In this document: positions 34,882-42,854 of the stretch, one piece after another
Position numbering within the stretch: the stretch's first letter is position 1
How the letters are laid out: every line of letters starts with the position of its first letter
Assembly: GCA_017307955.1 (NCBI GenBank)
Contig: JAFKFV010000017.1
Location: 30,508-94,507 of the forward strand
Direction of reading: 5' to 3'
From: Bosea sp. (in: a-proteobacteria)
Lineage (GTDB): Bacteria > Pseudomonadota > Alphaproteobacteria > Rhizobiales > Kaistiaceae
Length of the DNA: 64,000 nt
Position numbers and translations under genes: made by a program
The notes under the pieces: model-generated
The model's database searches: none
What the model saw: only the letters and a program-made list of their open reading frames with translations
What the model was told of the DNA's origin: nothing

Positions 34882-35817
34882 TCAGACCTTGATGATATAG
34901 TTCATCATGAGCGTAGGCGGCATCTTGTTGACCGCCGCTGGTGATCCAGACCCGGTGGTGTGAAAATGCGTGATACTCTCGTTGCCCGTATTGATTGGAG
35001 CACTTGTACCGGCGAACGGCGCATAGACCGCGACCCCGCCACCGGAAACACCCAGCGGCAATGTGTTAAGCGGAACACTATGACTATGCCCGACATTTTC
35101 GGAGCTAGTAGAAATGGACGGAATATTGCCAGATGCAAGTGTCACGTTCTGAGCGCCGCCGGTGGCGCCGAGTGTCGTTCCGCCAATTCCTGACCCACCT
35201 GATGTGATGCGCCCTGCGGATGCGCCGCCCATGTTGTCTAGGCCAAAACTTGTTCGCCCGCGAAGATCTGGCACATTAAACGTGGTCGTCCCGTTGCCGG
35301 CGCCGTAAGTCGTGCCGATTGCTGCATATAGCCTTGCATAGAGCGTTCGGCTGAGGGTTTGCCCAGCGCAAAGAACATAGCCTCCCGAAGGAACGCTTGC
35401 TCCTGCGAATGCGAAGACCGTTCCGGCCGGTATTTCCGTTCCGGCTACAAATATTCCGCCGCTGTTGTTGATGACTGCAAGCGACTGGGATGACGCAACA
35501 CTGACGGTCGCGCCCCCCCCTGACCTCGCCAATAAAATGTCGGTACCGGCCAGGTTGTTGTAAACAATGAAATAGCCGCCGCTCGCCGGGAACGTTACCG
35601 TCGGCCTCGCAGAAACTGTCCCACCAAATGACAAGCCGAGGTTATTGCACTGGCTGTCTGTAAGGGACACACTACCAGACAGCGTGATGTTCGCAATTGA
35701 CCCAAGGTTTGCGTCGATCAGCTCGAGATTTGCGTTGGTCTTGTCGCCCCAGACATTCGTGTCCTCGCCGGTGGCCATGAGTTCATAGCCCTTGTTGGGC
35801 GAATAGGTCGACGGCAT
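34882..35817 (-). CDS. tail fibre protein with phage tail-collar domain
   Basis: FAGASVPSGGYVLCAGQTLSRTLYARLYAAIGTTYGAGNGTTTFNVPDLRGR is the classical tail-collar motif. Confidence 0.8.
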   Translation of the reverse strand: MPSTYSPNKGYELMATGEDTNVWGDKTNANLELIDANLGSIANITLSGSVSLTDSQCNNLGLSFGGTVSARPTVTFPASGGYFIVYNNLAGTDILLARSGGGATVSVASSQSLAVINNSGGIFVAGTEIPAGTVFAFAGASVPSGGYVLCAGQTLSRTLYARLYAAIGTTYGAGNGTTTFNVPDLRGRTSFGLDNMGGASAGRITSGGSGIGGTTLGATGGAQNVTLASGNIPSISTSSENVGHSHSVPLNTLPLGVSGGGVAVYAPFAGTSAPINTGNESITHFHTTGSGSPAAVNKMPPTLMMNYIIKV

Positions 35818-35827
35818 AGCAGGATTC

Positions 35828-36178
35828 CTAGGCGATGACCGCGATGAGTTCTTCGCCGGTGTCCGTCACCAGCGTTTGGTCCGCGCTGGTCACGAGAACC
35901 TGGAACTCGTCGGGCGTGTCGATATAGACGAACTGGGGCCGCGGATCGAAGACAGGCGCGGGATCTGGCGGGAGAATGCGCGGCTTAAGCTGCGGCTGCG
36001 GGATATCGAGACAGGGCCGGCAGACCTTGAACCGGGTGTTTTGCAGCACCGGGCCTGCATATTGATACTGCCATTGCAGGTCGACGAGGTTATACCAGAA
36101 CCCGCACCTGTCGCAGACGGCAAAGGCCTGCGGATTGTCGGGATCGACATTCGCCCGCCCGTGGAAGCGCCAGGACAT
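35828..36178 (-). CDS. hypothetical zinc-ribbon protein (116 aa)
   Basis: CDRC...CRPC. ATG 36178 with a GGAG RBS. Confidence 0.55.
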   Translation of the reverse strand: MSWRFHGRANVDPDNPQAFAVCDRCGFWYNLVDLQWQYQYAGPVLQNTRFKVCRPCLDIPQPQLKPRILPPDPAPVFDPRPQFVYIDTPDEFQVLVTSADQTLVTDTGEELIAVIA

Positions 36179-36189
36179 GGCGTGCCCTC

Positions 36190-36882
36190 CTAGCGGTAAT
36201 AGCCGCCGAGCTGAGGCCCGATGAAGAGCGGCACATTCTCGACGTTCTGGGTGGCGGCGCGGGTCCATGACCGCTCGGCAAGCGCGTCAAGCATGACATG
36301 CTTGTCCGGCATGTAGATCAGTGCCATCCGGCTCGCGAGCCCATAGGCGAAGGCCTCCATCCAGAGAAGCGGAATGTCGAGAGTCTGCGCACCGGACATC
36401 GCCGCGTCTTGGATCTGGACGCAGCGGTAGTAGCGCAACTCATAAACGCCCTCTCCGTTGGGGACCGGCCACAGCGTGATGGTGGGGGCGAGCTGACGAT
36501 CAAACCAGAACGTCGTCGGCGCGCCTTCAAGGCCCTTATTCGGATAGCTCGCATATTCGGTGCGGCTTACCGGCCAAATGATGCGATCGGCCACTGACCC
36601 AGAGTCGTTGGTCCAGCGAACGAACGCGTCCAGCACCATGATGGTCTTGGGGTCGACATTGTAGGTTCGCACGCCAGGCACGAGCGTCTGGACAACTTCA
36701 TCGACAGTCCAGAGATTGGGCGTTTCATTGCCCCACGCCTGCAGCATCACGTTCATTGCCATATTGGCATTGACGAGATGCTCTTGCAGGATCTCCGTAC
36801 GCCGGATGCCACAAAGCGAAAATGCATAGGTGACAAGATCGGCGTTGGCCGGGGAAAAGGCGTAAGTGCCGGAGGTCGTCAT
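36190..36882 (-). CDS. head-tail adaptor/connector candidate (230 aa)
   Basis: Position between the head and tail genes only. Confidence 0.45.
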   Translation of the reverse strand: MTTSGTYAFSPANADLVTYAFSLCGIRRTEILQEHLVNANMAMNVMLQAWGNETPNLWTVDEVVQTLVPGVRTYNVDPKTIMVLDAFVRWTNDSGSVADRIIWPVSRTEYASYPNKGLEGAPTTFWFDRQLAPTITLWPVPNGEGVYELRYYRCVQIQDAAMSGAQTLDIPLLWMEAFAYGLASRMALIYMPDKHVMLDALAERSWTRAATQNVENVPLFIGPQLGGYYR

Positions 36883-37205
36883 GCCGACATCTGGATCGCA
36901 GGCACGAGCTTGAACTGGACCGGATTGGAGCCGGTGATCGAAGTCACATTCAGCCGCACGGCCTGAACCGGCATGGACATGACGCCCTCGGTCGTCGTCG
37001 TGATTGCCGTCGAGGCGACCCAGACCGGCGTCACGCTGGGATCGTCGATCCGGTCAAGCGTGTGGTCGAGGGTCAGCGACCCGGTCGTGCCGGATGGGAA
37101 ATAGACCAGATAGCCTATCTGAAACGGAGACACGCGGAAATCGACTGCGATGGGTGTCTGAGCGCCAGTCGTGCCGGCCGCGTAAGAGACTGAAACGGGG
37201 TTCAT
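36879..37205 (-). CDS. hypothetical virion protein (108 aa)
   Basis: 4-nt overlap with the downstream gene. Confidence 0.6.
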   Translation of the reverse strand: MNPVSVSYAAGTTGAQTPIAVDFRVSPFQIGYLVYFPSGTTGSLTLDHTLDRIDDPSVTPVWVASTAITTTTEGVMSMPVQAVRLNVTSITGSNPVQFKLVPAIQMSA

Positions 37206-37237
37206 GGGTCGGCGCCTGTCGCGAGAGAGAGGAAGCG

Positions 37238-37261
37238 CCGGGGCAGTATAAGCCGCCCCGG
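37238..37261 (-). terminator. stem-loop CCGGGGC-N10-GCCCCGG followed by a C/U-rich tract (attenuator/terminator candidate after the capsid gene block)
   Basis: Perfect 7-bp GC stem read in the 70-bp gap between 37276 and 37205. Confidence 0.4.
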
Positions 37262-37275
37262 CTGGTATTCAGGCG

Positions 37276-37545
37276 TTAGCCGCCGATGCGGTCGGTGACG
37301 CGAGCCGCGCTCGAAAGCGGAGCGGCATCGGCGCCGACACGGCCGCCCATCTTGCGGCCGGGGCGATCCAGCCGCATGCGCGTCTTGCCGCCTTCGATCT
37401 TTTCGCCCTTCTTCTCGACAGGGCCGCCGTGCTTGCGCTCCTTGGCTTCCTTGACGACGTTGGACTCGGCGCCGGCATAAACGTCTTTCGGCGACGGATC
37501 GGACGGCACCACGCCGCCGTTCTTCTTGTGACGGATCTTGGACAT
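37276..37545 (-). CDS. small basic Lys/Gly-rich protein (89 aa)
   Basis: ATG 37545 is preceded by TAGGAGGT. Translation begins MSKIRHKKNGGVVPS... The track shows a longer in-frame ORF overlapping the upstream gene. Confidence 0.55.
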   Translation of the reverse strand: MSKIRHKKNGGVVPSDPSPKDVYAGAESNVVKEAKERKHGGPVEKKGEKIEGGKTRMRLDRPGRKMGGRVGADAAPLSSAARVTDRIGG

Positions 37546-37553
37546 GGGACCTC

Positions 37554-38492
37554 CTAGAAGTCGCTGTACTGGGTGACGCCAAACAGTCCCGAGCTGGAAC
37601 TGATATTGGCAACGCTGGGAGAGACGGTGATGGCGAGACGGCGAGCGTTGTTCGATGCCGTCTGCAGGGCATAGGTGCCGCGGACATCGCCAGTCGTGGC
37701 GGTCGCCGTCGTGGTAACGGCGGCGGTGAACCCCGTCGAGGCTGTGATCCACGCATCGGCCATGCTGATCTGCGTTTCCGACACATAGTCGGCGCGGATC
37801 GGAAGGCCGATGATATCGGTGACGCCAGCGGTCACCGCAGCGCCGGCAAGAGTGCCGCCCGGCGTGATGCTCACGATGTACTTGAACGCCTTGGCGCCGC
37901 GCGCGATCGTGGTGTTGGCGCCGGTGATCGTTTCCGTCATCGGATAGCCATAAATGTCATAGCCGCGGACGGTGAACGTCGCGGCCGAATCGTCACCAGC
38001 CGAGGTGATCGACACGGCGCGCGCGATCATGGTGGCCGGATTCCACAGCCAGACAGGACCGCCAGTGCCGGACGGGCCAGAGCCGAACTTGACCTGCGTC
38101 ACGGCGCCGTCGATGGCGCGAAGGCCGGTCACGGTTGCGCCGGTGTCGGCACGCGTGATCGACACGCCGACGGTAATGCCGGCGCCGGTCGACGATACGA
38201 GCGTCAGGGCCGTGCCGTCGACAGGCGTCTGCGAAGCCGCCAGATTGGCCGCGGCGATCGTGGACGGGACCTGGTTGATGGCCTTGATGAAGTTCCCCAT
38301 CAGGAAGCCATAGACCGGCTCGTCAGCGCCGATGCCTGGCTTGTACATGTAGGGAACGCGGGGATCCATCAGGCCGGTGCCCTGATCGAACAGGGACGGG
38401 CCACGATCGGAATTGTAGTCGGGAGAGGTCGACGCGCTGGCGGGGATGCCGCCGAACACGACGAGGGGGCCACTATGCGCGGTGATAGCCAT
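37554..38492 (-). CDS. virion structural protein (312 aa), function unknown
   Basis: GGGGAGGG RBS. Thr/Ala/Gly-rich, beta-type sequence directly after the capsid gene. Confidence 0.6.
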   Translation of the reverse strand: MAITAHSGPLVVFGGIPASASTSPDYNSDRGPSLFDQGTGLMDPRVPYMYKPGIGADEPVYGFLMGNFIKAINQVPSTIAAANLAASQTPVDGTALTLVSSTGAGITVGVSITRADTGATVTGLRAIDGAVTQVKFGSGPSGTGGPVWLWNPATMIARAVSITSAGDDSAATFTVRGYDIYGYPMTETITGANTTIARGAKAFKYIVSITPGGTLAGAAVTAGVTDIIGLPIRADYVSETQISMADAWITASTGFTAAVTTTATATTGDVRGTYALQTASNNARRLAITVSPSVANISSSSGLFGVTQYSDF

Positions 38493-38565
38493 GGGCGCCC
38501 TCCCCTCGAATGAGGATGGTGTTCATGATGATGTCCTGTGTTTCGGCGACGAAAGCGCGAACGAA

Positions 38566-38596
38566 GCGCCGGGCCATCGTAATGACAGCCCGGCGC
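38566..38596 (-). terminator. strong hairpin GCGCCGGGC-N13-GCCCGGCGC followed by UUCGUUCGCGCUUUCG, just downstream of the capsid gene
   Basis: Perfect 9-bp stem read directly. Such a position after a major capsid gene is common for partial terminators. Confidence 0.5.
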
Positions 38597-38603
38597 CTGC
38601 GGC

Positions 38604-39518
38604 TTACTGCGTGGGGAACGAGCCCCAGATCGACCGCCAGTCGTAATAGCCGAACGAGTAGCGCTCGTAGCCCTTGACCAGCAGGTTGTCGGTCGTGAAG
38701 TCCGTCTCCATGTCCATCTCGAACGGCACGCGGTTGAGGTACAGCAGGCCGGGGATATTGGTCAGGAGGAACCAGGCATAATTGCTGGTCATGAACTCGG
38801 ACACGACATAGCCGTCCGGCAGGCCGCCCGACGTGGCGAGGATCGCATTCACGTCGTTGTCGCCGGTGCCAGGGCGCAGTTCCGACTTCGTCAGGCGGAT
38901 CGCGACCGGCTCGAGCGCATTCGGGACCACGAGCTTGCGCGCGCGGGCGAACACCTTGAGGCCGGCGTTGTCCTTGAACGTCGTCGGAATGGTGGTCATG
39001 GCGTTCAGAAGCGTGGCTTCCGAAAGGTCCACATCCACCGCGGGACGGTTGGCGACCGTGGTGCCGTCGATCGGGTGATCGGTGGCGCAAAGGGCCTTGC
39101 CGTCGCCGCCGACCGACGCATTGTAGGTCGTAGCCGTGTTCAGGACGTTGAACGCGTAGATTTCCTTGGTCTGGGCAAAGGACTGCTGCAGGCCGAGGTT
39201 CGACGGCTGGAACTGGGTCTTGTACAGGTTGTCGTCGATGGCCTTGCGCGTGATGGCGTAGCCAAGGGCGATTTCCAAGTGTTCCTGGTTGTAGACGAAG
39301 CGCTCGCCGGCGTTGTTGTCGAACGCAGTCTGGCCACCTTCCGTCTTGAGCTGGGCAAGGCCCAGGTAGCGCATCGAAGCGGTGCGCTCGACGGCCATGT
39401 TGGAGTTGCCGCGCTCGAAGACCTTATCCCAGCGAGACGGGATCTGGTCATACTTGCCGACGACGCCGCGAAGGCCGGGAAGGAGGAGGTCGCGGATTGA
39501 TGCGAGATTGACAGCCAT
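38604..39518 (-). CDS. major capsid protein candidate (304 aa)
   Basis: Position after the scaffold/decoration genes, appropriate size, followed by a strong hairpin. The N-terminal region is reminiscent of HK97-fold capsid families by eye. Confidence 0.65.
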   Translation of the reverse strand: MAVNLASIRDLLLPGLRGVVGKYDQIPSRWDKVFERGNSNMAVERTASMRYLGLAQLKTEGGQTAFDNNAGERFVYNQEHLEIALGYAITRKAIDDNLYKTQFQPSNLGLQQSFAQTKEIYAFNVLNTATTYNASVGGDGKALCATDHPIDGTTVANRPAVDVDLSEATLLNAMTTIPTTFKDNAGLKVFARARKLVVPNALEPVAIRLTKSELRPGTGDNDVNAILATSGGLPDGYVVSEFMTSNYAWFLLTNIPGLLYLNRVPFEMDMETDFTTDNLLVKGYERYSFGYYDWRSIWGSFPTQ

Positions 39519-39531
39519 ATCTCAACCTCCC

Positions 39532-40122
39532 TTAAATGCCGGTCAGCGACTTGGTGTCGACGTTGTTGAAGGCAACGAGGACCCAGTTGTACGCGGACGT
39601 GCTGTCAGTGCCGGGGCCACCCGGCGGGTTTTCGATGAGACCGACGATGCGGAAGGGCAGCGTCGCCGTCGTGTTCACGGTCGTCTGGTTGACATAGGCA
39701 CCGGAAATGCCGGTGACCGTCGAGCCAGTGCCGACAGCGAAATTGACGTTGGCGCCGATGTCCGCGAACACGATGCCGGTCGAGGACGAGCCGCCGACCT
39801 GCGCGACGAACTGCGCGTTGGGGTCGTTGACGATATAGGCCTCGACATCGCCAGTCGCGCCCGAGCCGGGCCAGAACGGGCTCCAGACCGTGCGCTGCAG
39901 GGCCGTCGACAGATACTTGCAGCCGACGAAAATGCCGGCGATCTGCGTGGTGCCCGGCGAGGACTGTGCGATATAGCCGGTGCTGAGGGTGGTAACCGGG
40001 TCTCCGGCGAAAATCGCGGTTGCGTTATCCGACGCGATCTTGCGAACACGCTGTTCGTAAGTCGGGGCAGAGCCATTGCCGCGATTCTGGGAGAACCCGA
40101 ACGGTGCGAAGGTATTAGCCAT
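39532..40122 (-). CDS. head decoration/cement protein candidate (196 aa)
   Basis: Beta-rich Gly/Thr/Ala protein immediately upstream of the capsid gene. Function comes from position only. Confidence 0.45.
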   Translation of the reverse strand: MANTFAPFGFSQNRGNGSAPTYEQRVRKIASDNATAIFAGDPVTTLSTGYIAQSSPGTTQIAGIFVGCKYLSTALQRTVWSPFWPGSGATGDVEAYIVNDPNAQFVAQVGGSSSTGIVFADIGANVNFAVGTGSTVTGISGAYVNQTTVNTTATLPFRIVGLIENPPGGPGTDSTSAYNWVLVAFNNVDTKSLTGI

Positions 40123-40217
40123 CGCTCATCTCCATTGACGGGTGCCCTACTGACCGGCGCGGCCATTCGGGAGGGTGCAAACCAGAGCGGCGCGCTCCGG
40201 CTGTTTCAATAGCGGGC

Positions 40218-40763
40218 TCAGTCGATCGTGACCGGGCCGACGCTGTGTTTGAGGCGGCCGCCAGCGCGGTCGAGCTGACCGACGGGCGTTTCGCCGAGCT
40301 TCGCCCTGTTCGCCCTGACTTCGCCGGTGGCGCGGGCGTGGTCCTCGGAACGGGCCTCTTCCGTGAGGTAGGCCGGGCGCTCCATCAGGATGCAGTCATC
40401 GCGGCGGATCGCCTCGTGATCGGCGACGCCAGGATTGCGAAGATCGGGGTGGCGATCGGCCGTGACCGGAAGCCAGCCCTGTTCGCGAAGCTGCATGTCA
40501 TAGACCTTGTCCGGCATGCCGCGGATCGTCTCGCGCTTCCATTCATAGGTCGTGCCTTCGGGGATCATCTCCGGGGCGATGTAGAAGCGATCGGGCGAGA
40601 CGTCGCCCTTGAACTTGCGAACGCGGCGCTCGGTGCCGGCGCGGATCGGAGAACGGGGCGTCACGCCCTCGGCGGCGGTGTCGGTCATGGTCTGGTCTTC
40701 CGTTTCGATGATCGGGTTCTTGCGCGGCCTGCCAGGCCCTCGCTTGGGCTCAGTGGCGTGCAT
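40218..40763 (-). CDS. hypothetical head-module protein with N-terminal AT-hook-like GRPRK motif (181 aa)
   Basis: ATG 40763 with a GGAGAG RBS. N-terminus is MHATEPKRGPGRPRKNP. Confidence 0.5.
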   Translation of the reverse strand: MHATEPKRGPGRPRKNPIIETEDQTMTDTAAEGVTPRSPIRAGTERRVRKFKGDVSPDRFYIAPEMIPEGTTYEWKRETIRGMPDKVYDMQLREQGWLPVTADRHPDLRNPGVADHEAIRRDDCILMERPAYLTEEARSEDHARATGEVRANRAKLGETPVGQLDRAGGRLKHSVGPVTID

Positions 40764-41649
40764 TGCCGATCTCTCCGGATCGCAGCAGATCAAGCTTCTG
40801 ACGCGCGTATTCGGCATCGCTCAGGCCAGAAAAACGTGCGGCTTCCCGTTCTTTGGCCGACAATGAAACCTGCGTGACGCTCCCGCCGCCGGTTGCTCCA
40901 CGGCTCACAGGAGCTGCCGTAGCCGCCTGAGACGGCTGCCGGCGCTCAGGCTCGGGCGCGCGCTGACGAAGCCCCATGCGCTCTTCCAGCCGCTCGTAAT
41001 AGGCGTCCGTGTTTGGCGCGATGCCGTCCGACAGGGCGCTGTAGTGTGCGCGCTCGAGCTGCGACCGCTTGCCTTCGTCCGTCACGAGATCCCTGTGCGA
41101 GCGAAGCCAGTCCTGCGCCCGCGGGGCCAGCGTCGACACATAGGCCTCAAACGGATCATCCGCCTGCCGCGGCGCGCTGCGAGCGTTGGCAATCTCGGAT
41201 TCGAGCGCTGCCTTGCCCTCGTTCATGCGCTGCATGCGCGTGGCATGCTCGGACAGCTTGTACTGAGCCTCCGAGACGCCATCGAGGTCGCCGGCCTCAT
41301 ACGCGCGCTTCAGAAAGGCTTTGGTCTCATTGATCTGCGCCTTCTCGACCTCGATCGCCTTCGCAATCGTGGCCACGCGGCTGTCAGCAAGGCCTGCATT
41401 GGCCTGCTGGCGCTCCTCCTCGGCACGGCGGCGCTTGTCCGCCTCTTCTTCGGCGCGAGCCTCTGCCGCGGCCTGGGCCTTGGCGGCGTCCTCAGCCGCC
41501 TTGCGCGCGGCCTCAAGCTGCTCCTGCAGCGTCGGCTCGGCTTTTGCTTCGGTCGCAGCCCCGCCGTCGGAGCCGGCCTCGGCGCCATCGGCCGGGACGA
41601 CAACGATCTCGTCGTCGTCGATCACGATCGGATCGGTTTCGGTGGTCAT
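40750..41649 (-). CDS. scaffolding protein candidate
   Basis: 299 aa with very Ala/Glu/Arg-rich coiled-coil segments (AAKAQAAAEARAEEEADKRRRAEEERQ), between portal and capsid. Confidence 0.6.
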   Translation of the reverse strand: MTTETDPIVIDDDEIVVVPADGAEAGSDGGAATEAKAEPTLQEQLEAARKAAEDAAKAQAAAEARAEEEADKRRRAEEERQQANAGLADSRVATIAKAIEVEKAQINETKAFLKRAYEAGDLDGVSEAQYKLSEHATRMQRMNEGKAALESEIANARSAPRQADDPFEAYVSTLAPRAQDWLRSHRDLVTDEGKRSQLERAHYSALSDGIAPNTDAYYERLEERMGLRQRAPEPERRQPSQAATAAPVSRGATGGGSVTQVSLSAKEREAARFSGLSDAEYARQKLDLLRSGEIGNARH

Positions 41650-41659
41650 GCCCGCGCCC

Positions 41660-42046
41660 TCAATAGATCATGGCGGGGTCGGAGACCTTCGCCTTCAGGT
41701 GAACGTCTTCGACGACCCGGCACCGGACGCCGTTCACGTCGAGCGGGAAACCGTCAGAGGTCTTGAACACGACCCAGTCGCCGAGGCTCACGTCCTGCCC
41801 CTTGAAGGCAACGCTGCCGTCGTCGACAAAGGCGGTCGGACCCTTCTTTAGCACCACGGCCACCTTGCCCTGCCAACGGTCTTCATCCTGCGTCTTGCTG
41901 GTCAGGATGATGCCGCCCTTGGTTTTCTCGGGCCGGATCCAGATGCCAACCAGGATCTGGTTGTTGAACAGCTCGATTGCGGATAGATCGCCTACCCCCG
42001 CGCGGATTTCGTCCAGCGTGGACTGCGGTTTGTCTTCAGCCATCAA
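41660..42046 (-). CDS. GroES/Cpn10-like co-chaperonin
   Basis: NNQILVGIWIRPEKTKGGIILTS...GKVAVVLKKG...VSLGDWVVF aligns by eye with the GroES pattern (R.LV...E.E.KT.GGI.L...G.V.AVG.G...V..GD.V.F). Confidence 0.7.
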   Translation of the reverse strand: MMAEDKPQSTLDEIRAGVGDLSAIELFNNQILVGIWIRPEKTKGGIILTSKTQDEDRWQGKVAVVLKKGPTAFVDDGSVAFKGQDVSLGDWVVFKTSDGFPLDVNGVRCRVVEDVHLKAKVSDPAMIY

Positions 42047-42047
42047 T

Positions 42048-42257
42048 TCACCTTCCTAGGATGTCCTTCTCGTGCTGCCGTTCGATATCCTGCAGAATAG
42101 CCAGCGCCATCCGGAGGCCAGCGAGGCGTCCAATGGCGTTCTTGTACTCGTCGAATGTCGCGTAGGGGCCGCTCAGGATAGTTGCCGACAGGCTGTCGCT
42201 TTCCTCGTTGGCACGTTTTTTGAACGTGGCGAGGATATCCGTCGCGTTGCCGATCAC
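42048..42257 (-). CDS. hypothetical protein (69 aa)
   Basis: Coupled within the head operon. Confidence 0.5.
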   Translation of the reverse strand: MIGNATDILATFKKRANEESDSLSATILSGPYATFDEYKNAIGRLAGLRMALAILQDIERQHEKDILGR

Positions 42258-42838
42258 GGCTTGGCGTTCTTGCCGTATTTGGCAATCTTCTCAAGCCGGC
42301 CTTCGCCCGACTGAGCGCCGTTTTCCATTTTGACAAAACCGCCGTTCTTGTAGGCCAGGCCGCCATTGGCGCGCATGCCGGGAGGCGGCATCATCGGATT
42401 GGGTGCAGCCGGACCAGCGCCAGCGGGAAGCGGCGGCATAGGCCCGGCTGCGGCCGGCGGAGAGGGCGTCGCCGGCATCGGAGGAGGCTGAGCAGCGCCA
42501 CCAGGCGCCACGATCACATTGACGGTCGTCGCCTTGCCCTTGACGGCTCCGCCATTCTTGTAGGCCTTGCGGTCGAGACGCGGCTTGGGCTTCTTGCCGT
42601 CGACATCGTTCACCGACTTGCCATCGCGCGTGAAATCGTCGGCATAGCCGCCCTTGGCCTTGCCCTGCGTGCCATCAGCGCCGGGAAGAACCTTGCCCTC
42701 GCCACGGCCGGCGGTGTCGCGATCCATCTTGCGCTCTTCCTCGAGCGCCCGGATGACGCCGCCGGCGCGGTAGCGCTCGCGCTTGTCGTCCGCCATGGTC
42801 TTGGCGCAGGCTTTCAGGCTCTTGAAGGTTTCGGCCAT
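42254..42838 (-). CDS. Lys/Gly/Pro-rich low-complexity protein (194 aa)
   Basis: ATG 42838 with a GGAG RBS. Repeated AYKNGG(A/F)VK motifs and a PPPMP proline tract. Confidence 0.55.
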   Translation of the reverse strand: MAETFKSLKACAKTMADDKRERYRAGGVIRALEEERKMDRDTAGRGEGKVLPGADGTQGKAKGGYADDFTRDGKSVNDVDGKKPKPRLDRKAYKNGGAVKGKATTVNVIVAPGGAAQPPPMPATPSPPAAAGPMPPLPAGAGPAAPNPMMPPPGMRANGGLAYKNGGFVKMENGAQSGEGRLEKIAKYGKNAKP

Positions 42839-42854
42839 TGGTGAGGCTCCGTGG

